The notes under the pieces: model-generated | Told to the model about the DNA's origin: nothing | Databases searched by the model: none | What the model saw: the letters and a program-made list of their open reading frames with translations, nothing else | Made by a program: the position numbers and the translations under genes | Origin: Chitinophaga pinensis | Lineage (GTDB): Bacteria > Bacteroidota > Bacteroidia > SXHM01 | Direction: 5' to 3' | Assembly (NCBI GenBank): GCA_945861685.1 | Contig: CAMAVO010000002.1 | Span: 1 to 51,488 of the forward strand | DNA: 51,488 nucleotides | In this document: positions 35,077 through 44,539 of the stretch, piece by piece | Layout: the number at the start of each line of letters is the position of its first letter | Position numbering within the stretch: the first letter of the stretch is position 1

Positions 35077-36564
35077 ATGAACTTTGAAGAATACCGCAAA
35101 CACGATGCAGTAGCATTAGCAGAACTGATAAAGAAAAAAGAAGTTACAGCCTCTGAACTTCTTGATATTGCTATCAAACGCACGGAGGAAGTGAACCCGA
35201 AAATTAATGCGGTGGTAACACCTTGTTATGATGTTGCAAAAGAACAGCAGAAAAGTGTTGATGCTACTTCTGTTTTTGCGGGAGTTCCTTACCTGATGAA
35301 GGATTTAGGGCCTGAATTGAAAGGTGTTCGCCACACGATGGGAACGCGTTTTATGAAAGATTATATTCCGAAAGAAGACTCGGTTGTAACACAACGGGTG
35401 AAAAAAGCAGGGCTTGTAATCTTTGGAAAAACCAACACGCCTGAGTTTGGTTTAACACCTTTTACTGAAAGTGAATTACTGAAACCGGCACACAATCCTT
35501 GGAACACCGAACACACCACAGGCGGAAGCAGTGGCGGCAGCGGAGCTGCAGTGGCTGCGGGAATTGTTCCGATTGCCAGTGCAAATGATGGTGGTGGTTC
35601 TATTCGTATTCCCGCAAGTTGTAATGGTTTATTTGGAATGAAACCTTCGCGCGGAAGGGTTACGCTTGGTTTACAAAGCGGAGAACTTTGGGGTGGTGCT
35701 GTTTGTGAAGGATCTGTTTCACGCAGCGTGCGCGACAGCGCTTATTATTTAGATGCTATTCAAGGTTCAGCACCGGGAGAGCCTTACTCCATTCAAACAC
35801 CTGAAAAACCGTATTCAGAAGAAATAAAAACGCAACCGGGCAAACTGAAGATTGCTTTTTCGCTGGAGCATCCGATGGGAATAAAGCAGGACGAAGAAAA
35901 TGTTGCAGCCATTAATAACACCGTAAAGCTTTTAAAAAGTCTTGGTCACGAAGTAGAAGAAATACCACTACCCTACAAAAAAGAATTACTTACACAGATT
36001 CTTTACATGACGGTATTGGGAGAAACTTCTGCAACCATTGACTATCTGGGTGAGCGAAACAACAAGAAGCCAACAATAAAAGATTTTGAACCCAACACCT
36101 GGCTGCTTTATAAATTAGGAAAATCATTTTCGGCAGGCGATTTTGCGTTGGCAAAACTGAAGTGGAACGAAACCACCCGTGCCATGGGACAATTCGGTTT
36201 AAAATACGATGCCCTGCTTACGCCAACCCTTGGGATGAAACCGTTTAAAATCGGTGCCTTGCAAAACAGCAAAGCCGAAGACATTGCATTAAGAACATTA
36301 AATGCACTTGGCAATACTTCGGTTATAAAAAACGCGGGCATCATTGAAAAAACAGCTACTAAAATTTTCTCGTGGATACCGTATGCACCGCTTGCCAATA
36401 TTACAGGACAACCTTCCATGACTGTTCCACTGCATTGGTCAAAGGATAATTTACCTGTTGGCACTATGTTCACCGGCAGACTGAATGATGAAGCTACCTT
36501 ATTTCAACTTGCAGCACAATTAGAAAAAGCGCAGCCGTGGTTTGAGAAAGTGCCAACAATCTGA
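35077..36564 (+). CDS. amidase-signature family amidase
   Basis: AS signature GGSSGGSGAAVAAG ... NDGGGSIRIPAS, with the catalytic Lys context (YLMKDL). Confidence 0.9.
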   Translation: MNFEEYRKHDAVALAELIKKKEVTASELLDIAIKRTEEVNPKINAVVTPCYDVAKEQQKSVDATSVFAGVPYLMKDLGPELKGVRHTMGTRFMKDYIPKEDSVVTQRVKKAGLVIFGKTNTPEFGLTPFTESELLKPAHNPWNTEHTTGGSSGGSGAAVAAGIVPIASANDGGGSIRIPASCNGLFGMKPSRGRVTLGLQSGELWGGAVCEGSVSRSVRDSAYYLDAIQGSAPGEPYSIQTPEKPYSEEIKTQPGKLKIAFSLEHPMGIKQDEENVAAINNTVKLLKSLGHEVEEIPLPYKKELLTQILYMTVLGETSATIDYLGERNNKKPTIKDFEPNTWLLYKLGKSFSAGDFALAKLKWNETTRAMGQFGLKYDALLTPTLGMKPFKIGALQNSKAEDIALRTLNALGNTSVIKNAGIIEKTATKIFSWIPYAPLANITGQPSMTVPLHWSKDNLPVGTMFTGRLNDEATLFQLAAQLEKAQPWFEKVPTI

Positions 36565-36669
36565 TTTTATCCATCAGTTACGGAAACTTAAATTTCCATG
36601 AATTTAGATTCATACCAACCTGATAAATCTTTATTTTTGCCGCTCTTAAAAAACTCTAAACCCATTTAT

Positions 36670-37536
36670 ATGCTTAAAAAGTTTACGCTTGCCTTAGTTT
36701 TTATTTCCTCCTTAGTTATTGTTTACGATGCTAATTACAACAATGCACATACTAATGGTACGGGTGCTCCTTCGGGACGCACAGGCTCGCCCGGGGACGG
36801 TGTAACCTGTAACAACGGAAGTTGCCATTCAGGTGCTGCACCTACTGATCAGGTGGCAACAATTACTTCAGATGTTCCTGTTGGCGGCTATGTTCCCGGA
36901 ACAACGTATAACATTACGGCTACTGCAACTAAATCGGGAGTAACAGAATTTGGTTTTCAACTATCACCACAAAATGCAAGCGGAACAAAACTGGGTGCGT
37001 TTGTAACACCACTGCCTGCAGGAACACAATTTGCAAACCCCAACACCGGTATGGCCAATAAATATGTTACGCACACTGGTTCTGGAACTGCCGGCAGCGG
37101 AGTTAAAACATGGACCATTCAATGGACTGCACCCACAGAGGGAACAGGGACAGTTACTTTTTACGGGGCTTTTAACTTTACCAACAGCAGCAATAGCAGT
37201 TCAGGCGATGTAATTAAAAATGCAACGCTTGCTATTACTGAAAATACTACCATTGGTATAAACGAATCAGATGGCGGCAACGAAGGTTTTGTTGTGTTTC
37301 CAAACCCTGCAAGCGATATACTTAATGTTTCGTTTTTTCTGTATGAACTAACTAACGTAAGCGCAGAAATCTTTGACATTAACGGACGTTTGGTAAAACA
37401 AACTATTAGCGAAAACCTGCACCCCGGAAGACATGAACTTAAATTCAATGCTCATAATGATATGGAAGCAGGAATTTATTTTATCCGTTTAAACGATGGT
37501 AAAAATGTTTACAGTAAAAAAGTAGTGGTGAAATAA
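36670..37536 (+). CDS. T9SS-sorted secreted protein with N-terminal reeler-like Cys/His motif
   Basis: The start is set at MLKKFTLALVF (ATG 36670). The motif GAPSGRTGSPGDGVTCNNGSCHSG is present. The C-terminal T9SS type A domain reads FVVFPNPASDILNV ... AGIYFIRL ... KKVVVK. Confidence 0.7.
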   Translation: MLKKFTLALVFISSLVIVYDANYNNAHTNGTGAPSGRTGSPGDGVTCNNGSCHSGAAPTDQVATITSDVPVGGYVPGTTYNITATATKSGVTEFGFQLSPQNASGTKLGAFVTPLPAGTQFANPNTGMANKYVTHTGSGTAGSGVKTWTIQWTAPTEGTGTVTFYGAFNFTNSSNSSSGDVIKNATLAITENTTIGINESDGGNEGFVVFPNPASDILNVSFFLYELTNVSAEIFDINGRLVKQTISENLHPGRHELKFNAHNDMEAGIYFIRLNDGKNVYSKKVVVK

Positions 37537-37539
37537 AAA

Positions 37540-37590
37540 CACTTCGGCAAGCTCAGTGTGACAACAATTGTCAGGCTGAGCCTGTCGAAG
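37540..37590. repeat. palindromic element family C
   Basis: CACTTCGGCAAGCTCAGTGTGAC ... GTCAGGCTGAGCCTGTCGAAG. It overlaps the spurious N-terminus of the listed ORF 37558. Confidence 0.65.
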
Positions 37591-37599
37591 CCTAATCAG

Positions 37600-38022
37600 A
37601 TGGCAAGGTTATTGCCTTTTCAGAAACACAAAAAATTTATCAGCTTGAAAAAAAATATTCTTCTTCTTAGTGTTACCCTTGCAGCAACAGTGTTTGTGTT
37701 GCAGGGCTGTTTGAATGATAAGGGCAGCGTTCCTCTCCCGCCCGAAACTTTTTGCGACAGTCTGGATGTTAGCTACAATCTGCATGTGAAACCACTTGCA
37801 GAAACAAAATGTGCCAACAGCATCGGTTGCCATGTATCAGGCGGAAGTGGCCCGGGTGATTTTTCTACCTATACAGCCTTAAGCGGTGTTTCGCAAACAG
37901 TTAAAATACGACTGGGACTACCCGCTACCGATGGATTACACATGCCACAGGGAGGAACGCTTACGCAGGAAGAACTGGATATTTTTCTTTGCTGGATAGA
38001 AGATGGTGCACTAAATAACTAA
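37600..38022 (+). CDS. lipoprotein with cytochrome-c-like (PSCyt1-like) domain and a non-canonical Cys motif
   Basis: The start is set at ATG 37600, which gives signal plus lipobox-like LQGC. CANSIGCH ... GDFSTY ... HMPQGG-x-LTQEELDIFLCWIEDGA resembles the planctomycete-type cytochrome c domain, but the motif is C-x5-CH rather than CxxCH. Confidence 0.55.
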   Translation: MARLLPFQKHKKFISLKKNILLLSVTLAATVFVLQGCLNDKGSVPLPPETFCDSLDVSYNLHVKPLAETKCANSIGCHVSGGSGPGDFSTYTALSGVSQTVKIRLGLPATDGLHMPQGGTLTQEELDIFLCWIEDGALNN

Positions 38023-38035
38023 ACAAAAAGCCACA

Positions 38036-38054
38036 CCCTAACCCCCGAAGGGGG
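38036..38054 (-). repeat. palindromic element related to family A (CCCCC-GAA-GGGGG with TTAGGGTG tail on the minus strand)
   Basis: Read directly from the sequence. The architecture is similar to 2349 and 40256 but in the opposite orientation. Confidence 0.45.
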
Positions 38055-38070
38055 AATAAAAGACATAGCC

Positions 38071-38637
38071 ATGAAAAACAACATTTTTCTATTTTCTATC
38101 TTCTATTTTCTATTTTCTATTGCTGTCTCAAAAGCGCAAACCGTTTACATCAGCGAAAGCACTGAAATTTCATTTTTCTCAAAAGCACCTATTGAAGATA
38201 TTGATGCGGTGAATAAAATGTCCACTTCCATTATTACACTGCATAACGATAGCATTGCGTTTAAAGTGCCCATTACCGGTTTTGTTTTTAAAGACGGACT
38301 GATGCAGCGCCACTTCAACAGCAATTACATGGAAAGCGATAAAAAAGGTTTTGAAAACGCTACGCTGAAAGGAAAAATAAATGAAGACATCGATTTTAAA
38401 ACAGATGGTGAATTTAAAGTAACCTGCACCGGAACATTGAAAATGCACGGAGTGGAACAACCACGAAATTTTGAAGGTGTGTTTATTGTAAAAGAAGGAA
38501 AGGTAAACCTGACCTCAAAATTTAAAGTATTGGTTGCAGACCACAAAATAAAAATCCCGGGGGACAAGGTGATGAACATCGGAAAAGAAATAGAAGTAAG
38601 TGTTTCGGCTAATTATAAACTGTATGTTAAACCATAA
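38071..38637 (+). CDS. YceI-like periplasmic/secreted protein
   Basis: It has a signal peptide and a YceI-like pattern (ISFFSKAPIEDI ... FKVPITGF ... GTLKMHGVEQ). Confidence 0.75.
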   Translation: MKNNIFLFSIFYFLFSIAVSKAQTVYISESTEISFFSKAPIEDIDAVNKMSTSIITLHNDSIAFKVPITGFVFKDGLMQRHFNSNYMESDKKGFENATLKGKINEDIDFKTDGEFKVTCTGTLKMHGVEQPRNFEGVFIVKEGKVNLTSKFKVLVADHKIKIPGDKVMNIGKEIEVSVSANYKLYVKP

Positions 38638-38640
38638 AGT

Positions 38641-39573
38641 ATGAGAATTTTTTTACTGTTTAGTTTTGTATTGCTTTCATCTTTTTCTGTTTTGGCGCAA
38701 GATGATATTATGAATCTGCTTGACGAGAATACCGAAAAAACAAAGAACGAACCTGTTCTTGAAACATTTAAAACCACTCGTGTTATTAATGCACAATCAA
38801 CCGAAACGGTTCCAAAGAATGCGATGGACTTTCGTATTACGCACCGCTTCGGAAACATAGGTGCAGCAAGTGGTGGCGGTTTCAGTTCGTTCTATGGAAT
38901 GGATAATGTTGCCAACATACGCATAGCATTTGAATACGGAATTCTGGAGAACTGGATGGTAGGAGTTGGAAGAAGTAAAACATTGGGAAATATTGATGCT
39001 TTTACCAAATGGCGTTTCCTTACACAAAGCACTAACAATATAATTCCGTTGTCACTGGCGGTGTATTTCAACGCAGCTATTTCACCCATTAAACGCGAAC
39101 TATTTTATGCCGATGTTCCGGTGCATAAAAACAATATTCTGCACCGTCTTTCTTATACCGCACAATTAATCATTGCACGTAAATTCGGAAGCATTGGATC
39201 GTTGGAATTATTGCCAACCTATGTTCACCGTAACTATGTAAAAACATATGTTAATCCTGAAAACGGTGCAGGTGAAACCAACGGATTATTTGCTTTAGGT
39301 GCGGCAGCGCGGATTAAGCTTACTAAACGTTCTTCTCTTTTAGTGGAGTATTTCTATACCTTTTCAGCGTTTCGTAAAAACAATCCTACACGTCCTTATT
39401 ATCAGCCTGTAAGTATTGGTTATGAAATTGAAACAGGCGGACATGTGTTCCACATCAACTTCAGCAATGCAGTTGGAATTATTGAAAACGATTTTATCCC
39501 CAACTCTCCCGACACCTGGAACTTAGGTGGTTTTAAATGGGGCTTCAATATTTCGAGGGTATTTAATTTTTAA
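38641..39573 (+). CDS. outer-membrane beta-barrel protein (DUF5777-like)
   Basis: It has a signal peptide, alternating beta-strand pattern and a terminal aromatic residue (RVFNF). It starts 4 nt after the YceI gene. The family name is recollection only. Confidence 0.55.
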   Translation: MRIFLLFSFVLLSSFSVLAQDDIMNLLDENTEKTKNEPVLETFKTTRVINAQSTETVPKNAMDFRITHRFGNIGAASGGGFSSFYGMDNVANIRIAFEYGILENWMVGVGRSKTLGNIDAFTKWRFLTQSTNNIIPLSLAVYFNAAISPIKRELFYADVPVHKNNILHRLSYTAQLIIARKFGSIGSLELLPTYVHRNYVKTYVNPENGAGETNGLFALGAAARIKLTKRSSLLVEYFYTFSAFRKNNPTRPYYQPVSIGYEIETGGHVFHINFSNAVGIIENDFIPNSPDTWNLGGFKWGFNISRVFNF

Positions 39574-39579
39574 GAGTGT

Positions 39580-39649
39580 CGTCATGCTGTCCCGATAGCT
39601 ATCGGGATTGTTTCAGCATCTCAGACCCTAAAATAAGTTCAGGGTGACG
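39580..39649. repeat. palindromic element family B, full copy with a nested extra palindrome
   Basis: CGTCATGCTG-[TCCCGATAGCTATCGGGA]-TTGTTTCAGCAT ... ACCCTAAAATAAGTTCAGGGTGACG. Confidence 0.75.
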
Positions 39650-39650
39650 G

Positions 39651-40241
39651 TTAAGATTTCCCCAACATCTTCGCTACGTACTTGCCGATGATGTCGAATT
39701 CAAGATTCACCCTCATAAGGATATCAAGCGTTTTGAAATTGGTGTGCTCAAAAGTGTAAGGAATAATTGCCACCGAAAACTCTCCGGGTAAATCATCAAC
39801 AACAGTGAGGCTTACTCCATTGATACAGATAGAACCTTTTTTTACAATCAGGTTTTGTTCACTTGCGGCATAAGCGAAACGAAAAATCCAGCTGCCGTCT
39901 TTATTTTCTTTTGATGTGCAGATAGCTGTTTGGTCAACATGGCCCTGTACAATATGTCCGTCTAAAAAACTGCTGGCTTTTACGCAACGTTCTAAGTTTA
40001 TTAAATCACCTTTTTTCCAGTCGCCAAGATTTGTTTTCTGCAAGGTTTCATCAATGGCGGTCACTTTGTAATGACTGCCATCAATAACTTCGGTAACGGT
40101 AAGACAAACTCCATTGTGTGCCACACTCTGGTCAACTTTTAACTCATTAGCAAACGATGCCTGAACAGTTAAATGCATATTGCTGCCTTGTTTTTCAATG
40201 GCTGCAACAGTTCCTAAACTTTCAATAATTCCTGTAAACAT
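39651..40241 (-). CDS. ribE: riboflavin synthase
   Basis: MFTGIIESLGTV start, with the duplicated lumazine-binding repeat (NGVCLTV / NGVSLTV). Confidence 0.92.
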   Translation of the reverse strand: MFTGIIESLGTVAAIEKQGSNMHLTVQASFANELKVDQSVAHNGVCLTVTEVIDGSHYKVTAIDETLQKTNLGDWKKGDLINLERCVKASSFLDGHIVQGHVDQTAICTSKENKDGSWIFRFAYAASEQNLIVKKGSICINGVSLTVVDDLPGEFSVAIIPYTFEHTNFKTLDILMRVNLEFDIIGKYVAKMLGKS

Positions 40242-40255
40242 TTTTTGTCTTTGCT

Positions 40256-40288
40256 CCCCTCTCCCTCGGAGAGGGGCTGGGGGTGAGG
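40256..40288 (+). repeat. palindromic element family A
   Basis: CCCCTCTCC-CTC-GGAGAGGGG followed by CTGGGGGTGAGG. Confidence 0.7.
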
Positions 40289-40292
40289 CTTT

Positions 40293-42893
40293 TTATTGAC
40301 TGCTTCCAGGCCCTTGTATCAAATGAACAAACCCTTTCAGTTTGCGGGTTTCAATTCCGGCAAGGCGAATTTCATTAACCTCGCACACATAAAAGTAAAC
40401 CCCATCACTGCACATCAGTTTGCTATCCTGATTGGTACCATCCCAATTGATTGCAGGGTCGGTAGTTTCAAAAACTATATTTCCCCAGCGACTATAAATC
40501 GTTAGGTTAATACTTTGAATGTAACGGTAAGGGAACGGAACGAAGAAGTCGTTAAAGTTGTCTTCCCCCGGAGTAAAGATGTTTGGCAATTCATACTCAG
40601 GACAGTTATCCACACAAACAGAATCCAAAATTGCGCTTTCGTTACCTACTGAATCCACTGCTGTAATGGCATAACATCCTGCAATAGAAAGAAGACTATC
40701 GTGCATAAACTCAATTTGTGTAGGGTCGGGAATGGTTATCAGAAAGGTAAACGCACTGTCCAAGAACGGGGTATAATAAATGCGGTATTCAACAATATCA
40801 TCGGAACAGGCGGCAGGATCAAGATAGCTCCACGATAACTCATTCTGATAATTATCGCAATCGGGAATTACCACCAATGCTGGCGGACAAGGTGGTGTTG
40901 AGTCTAATGGAATTCCACATTTTTCTTGCGAGAAATTATAAAGCGGAGTTGTTAAGCCATCCGAAAAATAAGAACCAACACTACGGATTTTGTAGCAGTA
41001 TGAGGTTCCGTTTACCAAACCGGTATCTGTATAGGTTTGCAGATCTGTTGAGTCAAGAAACACAAAATTGCTTCCGTCAAATTTGTAAATTTCATAGGTG
41101 TAATTTGTCCAGGGAACTTCCTCTGCCCACGAAAGAACCAATTCATTATCCGTTTCGGCAATGGAGAGGAAAACGGAAGAGGCTTGTGTTGAACCCACAA
41201 TTAAAGCAAGCGGCACGCTGTATAATTCAATTTTGTAAGAAAGCGGATTGCCTTCAGTGTTTTCGTTATTATCAACATAAATGGTGTCGTTCAAATCATT
41301 GAATGTTACTGCCAATGTAAAACTGCTTCCTGTAAAATCATTGGAACGATAAACACGATATTCATAAGGTCCTGGAATTTGCACAGTATCCAATTCGGTT
41401 GGTTTACTCCACACCACCGAGTCGGAACCGGTTGTAAAATCTGTTGTAATAATGGAAACATTGGTGATAACCGGAATGTCTTTTACTAAATCAGTACAAA
41501 CTTCCAGCGAGGCATAACTTTCTGCTCCATCCGGATAACATGCCACAATCATGTAGCAATATTCAACGCCATGAACTAATCCTAAACCATTATTATCATC
41601 AATAAATGTTGTGGTGTTTAATCCTGAAACGCTGCCGATAAAGGTATAACCTGTGTAACCGGGAACTCCTGTTTCGCAGTGGTCGGGTATAAATCCGTAA
41701 TAGCCGTTTCTTCGGTAAATTTTATAGCATGTTGCTTCGGTGCAAACGCTTGCATCCCAGCCAACATGAATGGTGTTTCCAACCGGAATGGCTGTAGGAT
41801 TTTTTGGTGAAGGACCAACAACGGTAATATTTACTGTATGATAATCCACCAAGTGAACCGGGTAGCCATTGCCATCATCTTCCAAACGGAACAATACAGT
41901 ATGTGGCTGCAACTGCACATCCGAACAAGCCGTTTGCCATGAAAATTCTGCACTTACGTTTGCAACACCATTAACAGGTTGCGGAAATTGTGCGGGAAAA
42001 TCAGGCTCATCAGGATTTCCGCTAAAAGAATACAAGCCACTGGTTGAAGTCATGGTCAGGTAATCGTTATCAACATCGGTTCCATAAACCATAAACTCAA
42101 GCAGGGTTCCTGCTTCCACACAGGTGTCTGTAATAGTATTTATTTCGGGTGGATTATTATCGCAGTTGATAACAGTAATCTGCATATCGCGCGTTACCGT
42201 TCCAATCTTAACTCCATTGCGCCATTCGTGAATGTACATTGCAAAATTGTATTCTCCTATAGCTGTAGGAACGTTCCATGTAAAATCACCGGTGTAAGGA
42301 TTAACATCTATTCCTCCGGGGAGTGAGTAGCCCGGAATCGGATCGCCTCCAAGTCCAAGGCAAACGGTTAGCTCATACGAAAGACTATCGCCATCAGGGT
42401 CATACGCTCCGGGATTATGTACATACACTTTATTAATACATGCATCATCAATTGGAGGGTTAAGCAGAATGGGCGAATTATTGCCACCCAAAAACGGATT
42501 CATATACAAGCACGTGTTTACCGAAAAGGGAACGTTTACCGAATTAGGGATATTGACTACTGCTGAGTTTCTGTTTGGATCTTCAAAGAACATGCAGTAG
42601 GAGCCAATGGAGCTGTAGGTATGTACTCCTAAATAGATGTTCTTTTTGATATCGGGACCTACAGGATCACCATTCCCATTTATTCTGGGAATTGTTGTTG
42701 TATCTCCATCGCCCCATTCCATCAGCAATGAAGGCCTGTCGGCAGGACTGGATATTTTGGTATAGGTGGTAATCTTTACTTCGTAAGTAAGGTCGCTTAT
42801 TCTGCGGTAGGTTATTTCGCCTGCGCGGTTGTGCGTTGCATACGCTACAACTGTAAACCAAATTGACAAAAATAGGGCGAAAATATTTTTCAT
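40293..42893 (-). CDS. large secreted protein with gliding-motility-associated (T9SS type B) C-terminal domain
   Basis: The start is set at MKNIFALF (ATG 42893). The C-terminus (NIFTPGEDNFNDFF ... IYSRWGNIVFE ... WDGT ... DGVYFY ... GFVHLI) is the CHU_C/type B pattern. Confidence 0.8.
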   Translation of the reverse strand: MKNIFALFLSIWFTVVAYATHNRAGEITYRRISDLTYEVKITTYTKISSPADRPSLLMEWGDGDTTTIPRINGNGDPVGPDIKKNIYLGVHTYSSIGSYCMFFEDPNRNSAVVNIPNSVNVPFSVNTCLYMNPFLGGNNSPILLNPPIDDACINKVYVHNPGAYDPDGDSLSYELTVCLGLGGDPIPGYSLPGGIDVNPYTGDFTWNVPTAIGEYNFAMYIHEWRNGVKIGTVTRDMQITVINCDNNPPEINTITDTCVEAGTLLEFMVYGTDVDNDYLTMTSTSGLYSFSGNPDEPDFPAQFPQPVNGVANVSAEFSWQTACSDVQLQPHTVLFRLEDDGNGYPVHLVDYHTVNITVVGPSPKNPTAIPVGNTIHVGWDASVCTEATCYKIYRRNGYYGFIPDHCETGVPGYTGYTFIGSVSGLNTTTFIDDNNGLGLVHGVEYCYMIVACYPDGAESYASLEVCTDLVKDIPVITNVSIITTDFTTGSDSVVWSKPTELDTVQIPGPYEYRVYRSNDFTGSSFTLAVTFNDLNDTIYVDNNENTEGNPLSYKIELYSVPLALIVGSTQASSVFLSIAETDNELVLSWAEEVPWTNYTYEIYKFDGSNFVFLDSTDLQTYTDTGLVNGTSYCYKIRSVGSYFSDGLTTPLYNFSQEKCGIPLDSTPPCPPALVVIPDCDNYQNELSWSYLDPAACSDDIVEYRIYYTPFLDSAFTFLITIPDPTQIEFMHDSLLSIAGCYAITAVDSVGNESAILDSVCVDNCPEYELPNIFTPGEDNFNDFFVPFPYRYIQSINLTIYSRWGNIVFETTDPAINWDGTNQDSKLMCSDGVYFYVCEVNEIRLAGIETRKLKGFVHLIQGPGSSQ

Positions 42894-42976
42894 GCGCTGA
42901 TGAAAATGTAACAATAATTATACCGCTTTGTTTTACAAAGCCTTGATTAAAAGGGCACACAAGGTAGGGAAAATAA

Positions 42977-44539
42977 TCAGTTGTTCAAACCGAACACCGC
43001 TTCAGCAAGTCCTGTTTCGTCAGGCATATATGGAATAACTGCTGTGGCAATACCAAATTCACGCAGCTTTGCATCGGTACTTTTGCCTATGGCAACCACT
43101 TTTTTCAGAAGAGGAATATTTTTAGCTGAAAAGAATGCCGAAACATTGGACGGGCTTGTGAATACGGTAACATCACTTGCGTCAATCTTAATATCCGTTT
43201 TAGAAACAGTTTTGTAAACCACCAGACTTATGCTCATGGCGATTCCGTTCAACTGTTTTTGAATATTTTGTAATGAATCTGCTGCCTGCGGGAACAGAAC
43301 TTTTGTGTCTTTCACTAATGAAGCAAATTGTTTCCCCACCTCTTCCATATCTATTGTGGCTCCGCAAAACGATTCTGTAAAACCATGTTTGCGCAACGCC
43401 ATTGCTGTGCCTAATCCTGCAACTCCAAATTTTACATTTCCCGGAAGCTGAGGTTGTTGTGAAAAAAAATGATTAACCCCATTTCTGCTGGAGAAAAATA
43501 ACCAGTCACAATCTGGTACGCTTTGAAAAGTGACCTGAGTGGTTTCAATTAAAGAACAGCCTGAAACTTGATGCCCAAAAGCATTAAGGGCTCGAAAGAA
43601 ATAATCTTCTTCTGCAATATCACGAGTGATGAAAACAGAAGCAGCACTATTGTCTCTGATTTTTTTTACTGCTATTTCCGCAAGACCATGCGAAGAATTT
43701 GCCTGAAGAAAAATACGTTTCGGAAATGCATCCCAGCTTGAAGCATGCGAAACCCAAACGTTGTGATTCCCCTTCTCAACCTTGCTGAAAACTCCAATGG
43801 GTATCTGACAACCGCCATGAAAAAGTTCCAGAATTTTACGCTCTGTTTCTATTTCCTGCTGCGCTGCGGAAGAGTTTAACTTCTGCATCAGTTCGTGCAA
43901 TGCCGAATCATTTTCGCGTATCTGCCAAGCTAGAACACCTTGTGCAGGCGCAGGAATAAATTCATTAGGTGAAGGTTGCTCCACATGAAATTCAGACAAA
44001 TCAATTTTCAAACGCTCCACTCCTGCTGCTGCTAACATGATGGCATCGTAGCCTCCGTTTCGCAATTTCTCAATTCGTGTGGGCACATTGCCGCGCAAAT
44101 CTTTCAAGGTTATGTCTGGACGGAACGAAAGCAGTTGCGCTTTTCTGCGGGCGGATGAAGTGCCTACAATTGCGTTTTGCTTGAACGAGAATTTCTGTTT
44201 TATATCAACCGCTTCTTTGCGGATAAGAATAAGCTCTGCCGGATTCTCGCGGGCCGATACGGCAGCAATTAACAACCCTTTCGGGCTTTCAGTTGGCAAA
44301 TCTTTATGTGAGTGGACGGCTAAATCAATTTCACCGGCAAGCAGGGCATCTTCAATTTCTTTGGTAAAAAAACCCTTGCCTTCGAGCTTATCAAAACTCA
44401 GGTCCTGAATTTTGTCGCCCTTTGTTTTTATGATTTTTAACTCTGATTCAACACCAATATCGCGCAGACTTTGCTGAGTAAAATTTGCCTGCCAAAGAGC
44501 AAGTTCGCTGCCCCGCGTTCCGATTATAATTTTTTTCAC
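42977..44539 (-). CDS. hemC: fused hydroxymethylbilane synthase / uroporphyrinogen-III synthase
   Basis: The N-terminal roughly 295 aa are HemC-like (IIIGTRGSELALWQA, GNVPTRI, GGCQIPIG). The C-terminal roughly 220 aa have the two-lobed HemD-like pattern (VFITR ... LFFSSRNGV ... VFTSPSNV). Confidence 0.85.
   Translation of the reverse strand: MKKIIIGTRGSELALWQANFTQQSLRDIGVESELKIIKTKGDKIQDLSFDKLEGKGFFTKEIEDALLAGEIDLAVHSHKDLPTESPKGLLIAAVSARENPAELILIRKEAVDIKQKFSFKQNAIVGTSSARRKAQLLSFRPDITLKDLRGNVPTRIEKLRNGGYDAIMLAAAGVERLKIDLSEFHVEQPSPNEFIPAPAQGVLAWQIRENDSALHELMQKLNSSAAQQEIETERKILELFHGGCQIPIGVFSKVEKGNHNVWVSHASSWDAFPKRIFLQANSSHGLAEIAVKKIRDNSAASVFITRDIAEEDYFFRALNAFGHQVSGCSLIETTQVTFQSVPDCDWLFFSSRNGVNHFFSQQPQLPGNVKFGVAGLGTAMALRKHGFTESFCGATIDMEEVGKQFASLVKDTKVLFPQAADSLQNIQKQLNGIAMSISLVVYKTVSKTDIKIDASDVTVFTSPSNVSAFFSAKNIPLLKKVVAIGKSTDAKLREFGIATAVIPYMPDETGLAEAVFGLNN

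Noticed and set aside
40242-40292. FMN riboswitch upstream of ribE, and an M-box upstream of mgtE (33610-33694)
   Set aside because: Both leaders are only about 50-85 nt and are occupied by palindromic repeat elements. That is too short for either riboswitch class, and no conserved cores were seen.
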